53,325 nt of DNA from an uncultured Gemmatimonadales bacterium (lineage in GTDB: Bacteria; Pseudomonadota; Gammaproteobacteria; Pseudomonadales; IMCC2047): the NCBI GenBank assembly GCA_964195105.1, contig CAXMOT010000099.1:1-53325 (forward strand), read 5' to 3'. The translations under genes and the position numbers were made by a program. Shown in pieces: positions 28,959 to 36,993 of this stretch. Each line of letters starts with the position of its first letter. The first letter of the stretch is position 1. A model generated the notes under the pieces. That model was not told where the DNA came from and ran no database searches. It saw nothing but the letters and a program-made list of their open reading frames with translations.

Positions 28959-29999
28959 TCAAAGCAGCGGTGCGATGATTGTTTTGGCTGGTTTTCCGGG
29001 TTCTTCAACCGCTAGCCTGGGTACGAGGTAACCGGGCAGCCGGGAGGCGACTTCACCCACTAGTCGCTGTGCTGCGGTTCGCTCCAGATCAAAGTGCGCA
29101 GCGCCATGCACTTTGTCCAGCAAATGCAGATAATAGGGCATTATCCCGAAGCCAAACAGCTTGTCACTCAATGCACACAATGTATCGACATTATCGTTCA
29201 CACCTTTAAGCAATACACTCTGGTTGAGCAGCGTAACGTTGGCCCGGCGCAGATCGGCCAGGCCGGGCTCAAGCGCCGGGTCCAGTTCATTCTGGTGGTT
29301 AATGTGTAGCACCATAACGCTTTTCAGGCGGGTTTCGCCCAGCAACCTGGCAAGCTCGGGCGTAATGCGTTGCGGAATGACGACCGGCGTTCGGGTATGC
29401 AGCCTGATTCGCTGGATGTGGGGGATATCGGCGATAGCGCCCAGCAGTTCAGCGAGTTTGTCGTCGCTCAGCAGCAGCGGGTCGCCGCCACTGAGAATGA
29501 TTTCGTTGATGCCGGGTCTGCTGCGAACGTAGTCCAGGGCCGCTAGCAGGTGGCTATGGTCAAGACGGTTTTCCTGGTACGGGAAGTGACGGCGAAAGCA
29601 ATAACGGCAGTTAATGGCGCAGGCGCCAGTGAGGATCAGTAGGACACGACTGCTGTACTTGTGGACCAGCCCGGGCAGTACTGCGGCATCGGATTCGTGT
29701 AATGGATCATCGCTATAGAATTCGCTACGCAGGTGTTCCCGGGTGGTGGGCAATACCTGGCGTAGCAGCGGGTCATTCGGGTTTCCGTATTCGATGCGCC
29801 TGGCAAAACCGCGCGGGACGCGCAGCGGGAAATCAAGGTCGGTGGTGTCGAGATCCGGAATGTCAGCGCTTTGCATGCCGGTGAATGCCAGCAATTCCGC
29901 TACCGAAGAAAGTGCGGAGCTTAATTCAGACTGCCAATTATTGGGCTGCACAGAGGGCACGGTTCGATGTATCATTACGCCGTTTGATTTGATCGCCAT
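28959..29999 (-). CDS. epmB: EF-P beta-lysylation protein EpmB (lysine 2,3-aminomutase-like radical SAM)
   Basis: CAINCRYCFRR radical-SAM cluster motif. 346 aa, divergent from efp. Confidence 0.92.
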   Translation of the reverse strand: MAIKSNGVMIHRTVPSVQPNNWQSELSSALSSVAELLAFTGMQSADIPDLDTTDLDFPLRVPRGFARRIEYGNPNDPLLRQVLPTTREHLRSEFYSDDPLHESDAAVLPGLVHKYSSRVLLILTGACAINCRYCFRRHFPYQENRLDHSHLLAALDYVRSRPGINEIILSGGDPLLLSDDKLAELLGAIADIPHIQRIRLHTRTPVVIPQRITPELARLLGETRLKSVMVLHINHQNELDPALEPGLADLRRANVTLLNQSVLLKGVNDNVDTLCALSDKLFGFGIMPYYLHLLDKVHGAAHFDLERTAAQRLVGEVASRLPGYLVPRLAVEEPGKPAKTIIAPLL

Positions 30000-30022
30000 A
30001 AGGTTTATATAAGAGAGGAAAG

Positions 30023-30595
30023 ATGGCCAACTATTCTACCAATGAATTTCGTTCGGGTCTTAAGGTTCTGCTGGAGGGTGACCCCTGTAGTATCCTGGAA
30101 AATGAATTTGTTAAGCCCGGCAAAGGCCAGGCCTTCAGCCGGGTTAAGTTTCGTAACCTGAAAACCGGCAGGGTATGGGAGCGGACCTTTAAGTCCGGGG
30201 AGTCGCTAGAGGGCGCCGATGTCATGGAACTGACTATGGAGTATCTCTATAACGACGGCGAATTTTGGCATTTCATGAGGACTGACGGCTCTTACGAGCA
30301 GTTGCCGGCCGATAAGAATGCAGTGTCGGCAGCGCTGGACTGGCTCAAGGAGCAGGAAGAGTTTACGGTCACTCTCTGGAATGGTGCCGTGCTGTCGGTT
30401 GAGGCCCCTAATTTTGTCGAACTGGAAGTGGTCGAAACCGATCCCGGGTTGAAGGGCGACACGGCTCAGGGCGGAAGCAAGCCTGCGACCTTGACGACCG
30501 GCGCAGTCGTGCGGGTCCCATTGTTCGTGAATACCGGTGATGTCCTGCGCATCGATACCCGCACCGGCGAATACCAGAACCGGTCGAGCAAATAG
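30023..30595 (+). CDS. efp: Elongation factor P
   Basis: 190 aa. The [16 protein letters not shown] loop has the modifiable Lys34. Confidence 0.96.
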   Translation: MANYSTNEFRSGLKVLLEGDPCSILENEFVKPGKGQAFSRVKFRNLKTGRVWERTFKSGESLEGADVMELTMEYLYNDGEFWHFMRTDGSYEQLPADKNAVSAALDWLKEQEEFTVTLWNGAVLSVEAPNFVELEVVETDPGLKGDTAQGGSKPATLTTGAVVRVPLFVNTGDVLRIDTRTGEYQNRSSK

Positions 30596-30642
30596 CTTCG
30601 GCGGCCAGTCGATCCCGTCGCGCTTGCTGTGGTTAATCTCCA

Positions 30643-31593
30643 ATGCTGAGTAACGGCGACTGGCAGCCAACTGCCTCAGCTGAATCGCTCAGGCTGCGGG
30701 CTGGAATGTACCAGCGCATCAGGGAATTCTTTGCACAGCGCAAGGTGCTGGAGGTGGATACCCCGCTGCTGGGCTCGGCGACCGCAAATGAACCTCATTT
30801 GGCGAGTTACCAGGTTGCCGGGCAATCACTATTCCTGCAAACATCTCCCGAATTTGCTATGAAGCGCTTGCTCGCCAGTGGCAGCGGCCCGATCTACCAG
30901 ATATGCAAAGCGTTTCGCCATGGCGAAAGTGGTGTGCGGCATAATCCCGAATTTACGCTGTTGGAGTGGTACCAGCCTGGCTTCGAGCTTACCCGCTTGA
31001 TGGACGAGGTGGTGGCGGTTACAGCGATGTTCCTGGGTGATATGGCGGTCGAGCAACTCTCCTACCGGCAAGCTTTTCTGCAGTTTCTTGATATTGATCC
31101 GCACCGCGCCGATATCCACCAGCTCAGGGCGCTGGCAATCCGCTGCGCCAATTATGATGGCGCAGCGGATGATACTGACACCTTGCTGGAACTGCTTATG
31201 AGTCATGCCATCGAGCCCCACCTGGGGCGCGGCGGACTCACCTTTATCTACGACTACCCGGCTAGCCAGGCGGCACTTGCCCGGGTTGAGGCGGATGCCG
31301 AAGGTGTCCGGGTGGCGCGACGTTTTGAGCTTTATCGCGATGGTATGGAGTTGGCAAACGGCTACCAGGAACTCACCGACCCGGTTGAACAGCAACGCCG
31401 CTTTACCGACAACCGGGCGCGGCGTAGCGCTGCGGGGCTGGTGGATTACCCTGGAGATGGTCGGCTGCTGGCGGCGCTGGAGGAATTGCCGGAATGTTGT
31501 GGCGTCGCATTGGGTCTGGATCGTCTGCTGATGTTGCAGGTCGGTGCCGCCTCGATCGATGAGGTGCTGGCGTTCCCGATTGCCAGGGCTTAG
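30643..31593 (+). CDS. epmA: EF-P--(R)-beta-lysine ligase EpmA (GenX/PoxA)
   Basis: Class II aaRS-like core (FRHGESGVRHNPEFTLLEWY and GVALGLDRLLML). 316 aa, downstream of efp. Confidence 0.92.
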   Translation: MLSNGDWQPTASAESLRLRAGMYQRIREFFAQRKVLEVDTPLLGSATANEPHLASYQVAGQSLFLQTSPEFAMKRLLASGSGPIYQICKAFRHGESGVRHNPEFTLLEWYQPGFELTRLMDEVVAVTAMFLGDMAVEQLSYRQAFLQFLDIDPHRADIHQLRALAIRCANYDGAADDTDTLLELLMSHAIEPHLGRGGLTFIYDYPASQAALARVEADAEGVRVARRFELYRDGMELANGYQELTDPVEQQRRFTDNRARRSAAGLVDYPGDGRLLAALEELPECCGVALGLDRLLMLQVGAASIDEVLAFPIARA

Positions 31594-31634
31594 GAGTCTG
31601 TCGGACTTAGGCTGAATCTACTCGGCTTTGGCAT

Positions 31635-31662
31635 CCTCGACAACTGCTCCTCGACAACTGCT
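31635..31662. repeat. Tandem direct repeat, 14 bp x2 (cctcgacaactgct)
   Basis: Two identical adjacent units lie at 31635-31648 and 31649-31662, inside the family-B element. Confidence 0.95.
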
Positions 31663-31665
31663 CCT

Positions 31666-31766
31666 GCGTTGTTCTACTACCTTGCATCCATGCACATATG
31701 CGTTGTTCTACTACCGTGCGTCCATGCACATATGCGTCGCTCTACCTCCTGCATCCATGCAGTCGT
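31666..31766. repeat. Tandem direct repeat, about 34 bp x3
   Basis: Units at 31666-31699 and 31700-31733 are 32/34 identical (gcgttgttctactaccKtgcRtccatgcacatat). A third, more diverged 33-bp unit lies at 31734-31766. Confidence 0.9.
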
Positions 31767-31958
31767 GCGGAAAAGCCGCTCACGTAATAGAGGCAGCTCA
31801 TGATTTGCGCTCTTCCTCGTTAAATGGGCGCACCATTCGCCTCGAAAGAGCCCAAAATCTGCCTCAAATCGGACTTTCCCTCGCGACGAACACCGAAACC
31901 CGACAGGCTCCTTAAGAGCCTGTAAAACTATCAGCATGGCTTAGGCGGCCTGAAAAAT

Positions 31959-31983
31959 ACCCGCAAAAATGACGGGTTTTTTT
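31959..31983 (+). terminator. Weak rho-independent terminator candidate downstream of epmA and the element
   Basis: acccg-caaaaatga-cgggt stem followed by a T7 run. Confidence 0.45.
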
Positions 31984-32027
31984 ACAGTTTGCTGATGCAG
32001 GTTTTGTAACCTGTTGATTTATATGGG

Positions 32028-32043
32028 TGGCATGGTTATTGCT
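32028..32043 (+). promoter_or_regulatory. Sigma-54 (RpoN) -24/-12 promoter candidate
   Basis: TGGCAT-ggtta-TTGCT matches the TGGCAC-N5-TTGCW consensus with exact GG-N10-GC spacing. It lies about 105 nt upstream of the ORF at 32147. Confidence 0.55.
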
Positions 32044-32146
32044 TTATCGTTTTGGATGGATTTACAATAGAATCAGGAGCAACAAGGGCGATCAGCGTAA
32101 AAGTGAAATATTTCACTATAATTATAAAAGAGAAATGCACTAAAAA

Positions 32147-32392
32147 ATGACTGCACTGGCAAGATCTGGGGAAGCTAACCAGCCACCTTCAAGATCGAAC
32201 AGGATATTTAACAGGGACAGTAGTTGGTATTTTAGTACCCGTGAGGGTAAAAACGCGGGACCTTATGATAGTCGCGGTGAAGCCGAACAGGCGGTCGTTG
32301 ACTTCGTTGATTTCCTGCGCGTCGCTGATTGGGATACCCGAATCAAATATCTGGCCGCAATTACGGCCACGACACATACCAGGCTTACCTGA
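32147..32392 (+). CDS. Small conserved hypothetical protein (DUF6316-like)
   Basis: 81 aa. The central SWYFSTREGKNAGPYDSRGEAEQAV resembles, from memory, a small conserved gammaproteobacterial family. The SD is weak. Confidence 0.45.
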   Translation: MTALARSGEANQPPSRSNRIFNRDSSWYFSTREGKNAGPYDSRGEAEQAVVDFVDFLRVADWDTRIKYLAAITATTHTRLT

Positions 32393-32400
32393 CTAATCGG

Positions 32401-32697
32401 TTAAGGCTCGCCTTTAACCTGCGCGACGCTGCTTTGCGAACATTGCTGGCAAATGCATGACTGACGGTTTTTTGTGCGGCCGAGCTCAAGCGCCGTGTCG
32501 GGGAGCTTTACGCTGCTACACCAGCAGTTAAAAGGCTTCCCGTTGTCACTCGTTGCTACACCACACTGATTGGGTTGCTCGCAGAGCGGGCAGAGTTGGG
32601 CCGCTGTGGCCGATCTCCGGGATAGGTTATCTGTACCGGTCATCGTATCCGGCTGCGCTATGGCATCCTGAGTGGCGACTGTTTGTTTGGCGGCCAT
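32401..32697 (-). CDS. Cysteine-rich CWC-family small protein
   Basis: The Cys pattern CPLC..x..NQC....CWC...C.C..C is typical of the Cys_rich_CWC family. The start codon is uncertain. Confidence 0.55.
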   Translation of the reverse strand: MAAKQTVATQDAIAQPDTMTGTDNLSRRSATAAQLCPLCEQPNQCGVATSDNGKPFNCWCSSVKLPDTALELGRTKNRQSCICQQCSQSSVAQVKGEP

Positions 32698-32702
32698 GCT
32701 GG

Positions 32703-33551
32703 TTAACCGGTTGCGTCAGCGCGCTCTTCGGCGCTGGCGAGTAACTGTCCCATTGTTACCGTATCGTCGGCTTGCAGTTGCTCGTGCCAGGCGATGCTGT
32801 CCCGACCAAACAAAAGGATTACGGTAGAACCCAATTTAAATCGACCCATCTCATCGCCCTTGTTCAGTTGAATGGGGGTGTGGTGATCCAGCTCCCTGAG
32901 TTGCCGCTTCGGAGGCGCCACCAGGCCTGCCCAGACGGTCTCGATGCTGGCTACGATCATTGCTCCGACCAGGATCATCGCCATCGGTCCGTGCGCGGTC
33001 TCAAACAGGCACACCAGACGCTCGTTTCGGGCAAATAAACCGGGCACGTGGCTGGTGGTCAGGGGGCTGACCGAAAATAGTCGACCGGGCACATACACGC
33101 TGTGCTTGAGTACCCCGTCGACCGGCATATGAATGCGGTGATAGTCCTTGGGCGACAGGTAAATCGTGGTGAAGCTCCCGCCATCAAATTGCTCCGCCAG
33201 CGTTTGCGAGCCACCGATGAGTTCGCGGGTGCTAAAGCTATGCCCCTTGGCCTGGAAAATGCGGCCATCTGTGATGTTTCCCAATTGGCTGATTGCGCCA
33301 TCCACCGGGCAAGCGACGCTCCCCGGGTCCTGTACAAAGCTGCGGGCATCGGCTTTGAGCGCGCGGGTAAAAAAGTCATTAAAGTGCGCGTAGGAGGTGG
33401 GATCCGGGTTCTCGGCCTCGTCCATGTTGACGCCGTAGCTGTTGATGAAATAGCCGATCAGGTGATTCTTGAACCACGGCCAGCGACATTCTGCGACCAG
33501 ACCCGCCAGGCGCGATAAACTGTGATGGGGCAGGACATATTGTCCCAGCAT
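32703..33551 (-). CDS. psd: Phosphatidylserine decarboxylase proenzyme
   Basis: 282 aa with the self-cleavage FKLGSTV (LGST) motif. Confidence 0.94.
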   Translation of the reverse strand: MLGQYVLPHHSLSRLAGLVAECRWPWFKNHLIGYFINSYGVNMDEAENPDPTSYAHFNDFFTRALKADARSFVQDPGSVACPVDGAISQLGNITDGRIFQAKGHSFSTRELIGGSQTLAEQFDGGSFTTIYLSPKDYHRIHMPVDGVLKHSVYVPGRLFSVSPLTTSHVPGLFARNERLVCLFETAHGPMAMILVGAMIVASIETVWAGLVAPPKRQLRELDHHTPIQLNKGDEMGRFKLGSTVILLFGRDSIAWHEQLQADDTVTMGQLLASAEERADATG

Positions 33552-33584
33552 AAACAGGAAGTTTTTGATAATAGTCTCGCTCTG

Positions 33585-34415
33585 TCAGGTGGATGTGGCG
33601 ATGGGTGTGTCTGGGTCGTTGCCCCATTCACCCCAGGAGCCGTCGTAGGCGCGGATATTCTGGAACCCCAGCAGCTTGCCCAGCAGGTAGGTGAATCCTG
33701 AGCGGTGGTGGGTCTGGCAGTGGGTTACGATCTCTTTATCGCTGGTAATACCCAGCTCAGCGAGTTCCTGGCGAATATCCTCCAGGTCGCGAATACGTAA
33801 CTGGCGGTCCTGCGCCATGCCGCGGGTCCATTCGTAATTCACGGCGCCGGGAATATGCCCTGCGCGTGCCGCGTTCTTTTTTACGCCGCTGTATTCGCCC
33901 GGTGAGCGCGCGTCCCATATTACCAGTTCCGGGGAATCCAGGTTATCCAGCAGGTATTGCTTGGTTACCCGGGGTTGTTCGTCGATGTCCAACCTTACCG
34001 GTTTGGAGAACGGCATGCGGGGCGTGGTTTCCGTTTCCAGCCCGGCATCTACCCAGGCATGAATGCCGCCGTTCAGGTAGGAGTATTGTTTATGGCCGAT
34101 GATATCCAGGGTCCAGATCATACGCCCTGCCCAGCCGCCGCCTTCATCGTCGTAGACCACCACGTGGTTGTCTTCAGTGATGCCCAGGTAATTGATGAGT
34201 CTGTCCAACTGTTGCGGTTCCGGTAACATGCCGACGCCCGGCGGTTTGCCGGATATCAGTGCGCTGCTGGGGACATAGACCGCGCCCGGCACATGGCCGA
34301 CCAGGTAGGTTTGCTCCTTGCACGCCAAGTCGATGACTGTCAGCTGCGGGTCGTCCAGCACCGCGACCAGTTGCTCAGGCTCGATCAATAAGGGTAAGTT
34401 CTTAGCTGTTGTCAT
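33585..34415 (-). CDS. Thiosulfate sulfurtransferase (tandem rhodanese domains, RhdA-type)
   Basis: 276 aa. The active-site loop HCQTHHRSG is of the Azotobacter/Pseudomonas RhdA type. It is adjacent to psd, as in Pseudomonas. Confidence 0.88.
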   Translation of the reverse strand: MTTAKNLPLLIEPEQLVAVLDDPQLTVIDLACKEQTYLVGHVPGAVYVPSSALISGKPPGVGMLPEPQQLDRLINYLGITEDNHVVVYDDEGGGWAGRMIWTLDIIGHKQYSYLNGGIHAWVDAGLETETTPRMPFSKPVRLDIDEQPRVTKQYLLDNLDSPELVIWDARSPGEYSGVKKNAARAGHIPGAVNYEWTRGMAQDRQLRIRDLEDIRQELAELGITSDKEIVTHCQTHHRSGFTYLLGKLLGFQNIRAYDGSWGEWGNDPDTPIATST

Positions 34416-34510
34416 GGGCTGTTCGGATCGGGATTTAAAATCAACTCGGTGAGTATGGAATTCTATCGCAATGGTGATAACCTGTCAGTTCCCCACTTGA
34501 TTTTGATTTT

Positions 34511-35665
34511 ATGCGCCTCGCCAAACGTATCCGCCAGATTCAACCCTTTCATGTGATGGAACTTGCCCGTCGTGCCGGTGAACTCCAGGCCGAGGGGCGG
34601 GATATTGTGCGGATGGATTTGGGTGAGCCGGATTTCGCGACACCGCAGCCGATCGTCGATGCTGGCATCGCCGCGCTGGAGCAGGGCCGGACTCGATATA
34701 CCCCTGCCACCGGGCTGTCAGTGCTGCGCGAGGCGATAGCCGCATTCTATGGCAACCGGTACGGGATTGAGGTGGCGCCGGAGCAGGTGATTGTGACACC
34801 CGGCTCCTCTGGCGCACTGCAACTAGCACTGGCATTGTTGGTCAATCCGGGAGAGGGCGTACTGATGGCTGCCCCCGGCTATCCCTGCAATCCGAATATT
34901 TTGCGCCTGGTCGGCGGTGAGCCGCAGTTTGTGGAAGTCACTGCGAATACGCATTATCAATTGGATGCGCAATTGCTGGAACAGCATTGGCAAGCCAATA
35001 GCGCGGCGGTGCTGGTGGCGTCCCCCTCCAATCCCACCGGTACCCTGATGCCAGTCGCGGTACTGGAGGAGATTCTGGGGGTTATTGACGCGCGCGAGGG
35101 TACCCTGATCTCAGATGAGATATACCACGGCCTGACTTTCGGTTGTGAGGCGGCGACGGCGCTGGCGTTTTCAGATCAAGCCTTTGTGGTGAACAGTTTC
35201 TCCAAGTATTTCGGCATGACCGGATGGCGCCTGGGATGGTTGGTCGCCCCCGCAGCGATGGCCTCCAGCCTGGAGAAGATGGCGCAGAATCTGTTTATTG
35301 CAGCGTCGACCATAGCCCAGCATGCGGCGATGGCGGCCTTTGATTCCGCGACGCTGGAGATTCTTGAGCAACGCCGGGAGGTATTCCGGCAACGGCGGGA
35401 TTTCCTGTGCCAGGCATTGCCAGAATTGGGTTTCACCATCGACGTCAAACCCGAAGGAGCATTTTACATCTATGCGGGCTGTGAAAAATTCACCGACGAT
35501 TCGATGCGGTTCTGTCATGACCTGCTCGAGAAGCACGGTGTTTCGATTACCCCCGGCATTGATTTCGGCTCGAATTATTCGGCCACACACGTGCGCTTTT
35601 CCTACACCACCAGTATGGAGCGCCTGGAAGAGGGGGTGAATCGACTGGCCAGGGCGTTGCCATGA
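34511..35665 (+). CDS. PLP-dependent aminotransferase, class I/II
   Basis: 384 aa with the NPTG motif and the PLP-lysine motif SFSKYFGMTGWRLGW. Confidence 0.9.
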   Translation: MRLAKRIRQIQPFHVMELARRAGELQAEGRDIVRMDLGEPDFATPQPIVDAGIAALEQGRTRYTPATGLSVLREAIAAFYGNRYGIEVAPEQVIVTPGSSGALQLALALLVNPGEGVLMAAPGYPCNPNILRLVGGEPQFVEVTANTHYQLDAQLLEQHWQANSAAVLVASPSNPTGTLMPVAVLEEILGVIDAREGTLISDEIYHGLTFGCEAATALAFSDQAFVVNSFSKYFGMTGWRLGWLVAPAAMASSLEKMAQNLFIAASTIAQHAAMAAFDSATLEILEQRREVFRQRRDFLCQALPELGFTIDVKPEGAFYIYAGCEKFTDDSMRFCHDLLEKHGVSITPGIDFGSNYSATHVRFSYTTSMERLEEGVNRLARALP

Positions 35666-35675
35666 GTGCGGTGAA

Positions 35676-36383
35676 ATGAAGTTTCCGAATTCACTTATCG
35701 AAGCCACGCTGATGCGTCGTTATAAGCGCTTCCTGGCGGATGTCGAGCTGCCCGGGGGTGAGAAAATCACCGTCCATTGTCCCAATACCGGCAGTATGCT
35801 CGGGTGCGCGGAGCCGGGCTCCCGGGTCTGGCTGGCCCATTCCGATAACCCGAAACGAAAGTATGCCTACACCTGGCAATTAGTGGAAACCGAACCCGGC
35901 CAGCTCACCTGTATTTACTCGGCCCAGGCCAACACCCTGGTGAAGGAAGCCCTGGGCGAGCATCGATTGGCTGGACTGGATAATTACCCGCAGGTCGACA
36001 GCGAAGTGCGTTACGGCGTCGAAAACAGCCGCATCGACTTCCTGCTGTCGCGAGACGAGCAGCGCTGTTATGTCGAGGTCAAGTCGGTGACGCTGCATGT
36101 GGGAGATGGCCTGGGATTATTTCCGGACGCGGTGAGTAGCCGGGGTGCGCGGCACCTACGGGAATTGCAGGCGATGGTTGGCAAGGGCCAACGAGCGGTG
36201 TTGCTTTATGTGGTACAAAACACCGCGATCAACCGGGTCGCGCCAGCCTGGGAAATTGACCCGGCCTATGCGCAGGCGCTGCACGATGCCGTGGGCGCCG
36301 GAGTTGAAGTGATCTGCTATGGCTGTGACATATCTGCGGCGGAAATCAGGCTTGGCGCGCAGTTGTCCTTTAGCCCCGAGTAG
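35676..36383 (+). CDS. sfsA: Sugar fermentation stimulation protein homolog SfsA
   Basis: 235 aa. The N-terminus L..RYKRFLADV....G....HCPNTGSM is typical of SfsA. Confidence 0.9.
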   Translation: MKFPNSLIEATLMRRYKRFLADVELPGGEKITVHCPNTGSMLGCAEPGSRVWLAHSDNPKRKYAYTWQLVETEPGQLTCIYSAQANTLVKEALGEHRLAGLDNYPQVDSEVRYGVENSRIDFLLSRDEQRCYVEVKSVTLHVGDGLGLFPDAVSSRGARHLRELQAMVGKGQRAVLLYVVQNTAINRVAPAWEIDPAYAQALHDAVGAGVEVICYGCDISAAEIRLGAQLSFSPE

Positions 36384-36750
36384 TATCCGGTTTCGTAGTG
36401 AGTTTGCGAGTCGTCGCAACCGGTACGAAGTCCTGGTCCAATAGTACCTGTTCATCTACCAGTTCGAAGGCCACCCGGGTGAGGGGCTGGCCGCGGCAAG
36501 GGCCAGCAATACAGGCGCCGGTCTCCACCTCGAACAGCGCGCCGTGCATGGCACATTGCAGGTAGGTTTCGTCATAGCTAAAAAACTTGTCTTGCTGGAA
36601 ATCCAGGTTTACGCCGAAGTGCGGGCAGCGATTCTCATAGACGAATATCCGGGCATTGCGGCGTACCACCACGACCTGGCCACCCCGATAGGGAAACCCT
36701 TTGGCTTGTCCTTCAGCAATAGCGGACAGTTGGCAAAGCGGTGTGGTCAA
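36370..36750 (-). CDS. Rieske [2Fe-2S] domain protein
   Basis: CPHFG and CAMHG (CxH...CxxH) ligand motifs. 126 aa. The TTG start at 36750 is built from the MITE terminal base plus the target duplication. Confidence 0.85.
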   Translation of the reverse strand: MTTPLCQLSAIAEGQAKGFPYRGGQVVVVRRNARIFVYENRCPHFGVNLDFQQDKFFSYDETYLQCAMHGALFEVETGACIAGPCRGQPLTRVAFELVDEQVLLDQDFVPVATTRKLTTKPDTTRG

Positions 36751-36993
36751 CCTGGAACCCTCAGTTGGACAGGGAATTTACGGGAAATCTCGGCGTGCCA
36801 GGCAAGGCATCGCTCGCAGGTAATGGCCATTTCCTGGGCAAGAGCGATAACACGGCCTGCTGGGCTGAGAATTTCTGTAAAACCCTGTAGCAGACATCAG
36901 TTCACCCAATGAGTGACTGGAATAATTTAACTATTAAGGACTATATCAATAAGTTACACAAATACGAGCGGTCAACTGCGGAATCCAGGTTCA
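36747..36993. mobile_element. MITE-like element, family A, long form (core 36750-36990, 241 bp) with TCA target duplication
   Basis: Terminal inverted repeats acctggaaccctcagttg (36750-36767) and caactgcggaatccaggt (36973-36990) match at 15/18. Direct TCA copies lie at 36747-36749 and 36991-36993. The right subterminal region is homologous to the 4141 copy (atcaataWgttRcaca). Confidence 0.7.

Larger units (their letters stand above)
31590..31914. mobile_element. MITE-like element, family B, long form (core 31593-31911, 319 bp) with TTA target duplication
   Basis: 12-bp terminal inverted repeats ggagtctgtcgg (31593-31604) and ccgacaggctcc (31900-31911) match at 11/12. Direct TTA copies lie at 31590-31592 and 31912-31914. 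Both subterminal regions are homologous to the copy at 51003-51163. Confidence 0.7.

Noticed and set aside
31666-31766. Possible CRISPR array (three 34-bp direct repeats).
   Set aside because: The repeats are directly adjacent with no unique spacers, no cas genes are nearby, and they lie inside a MITE.
31628-31937. ORFs 31628..31915(+) and 31677..31937(-) downstream of epmA.
   Set aside because: They are contained in the family-B element. Their repetitive peptide sequence simply mirrors the DNA tandem repeats.
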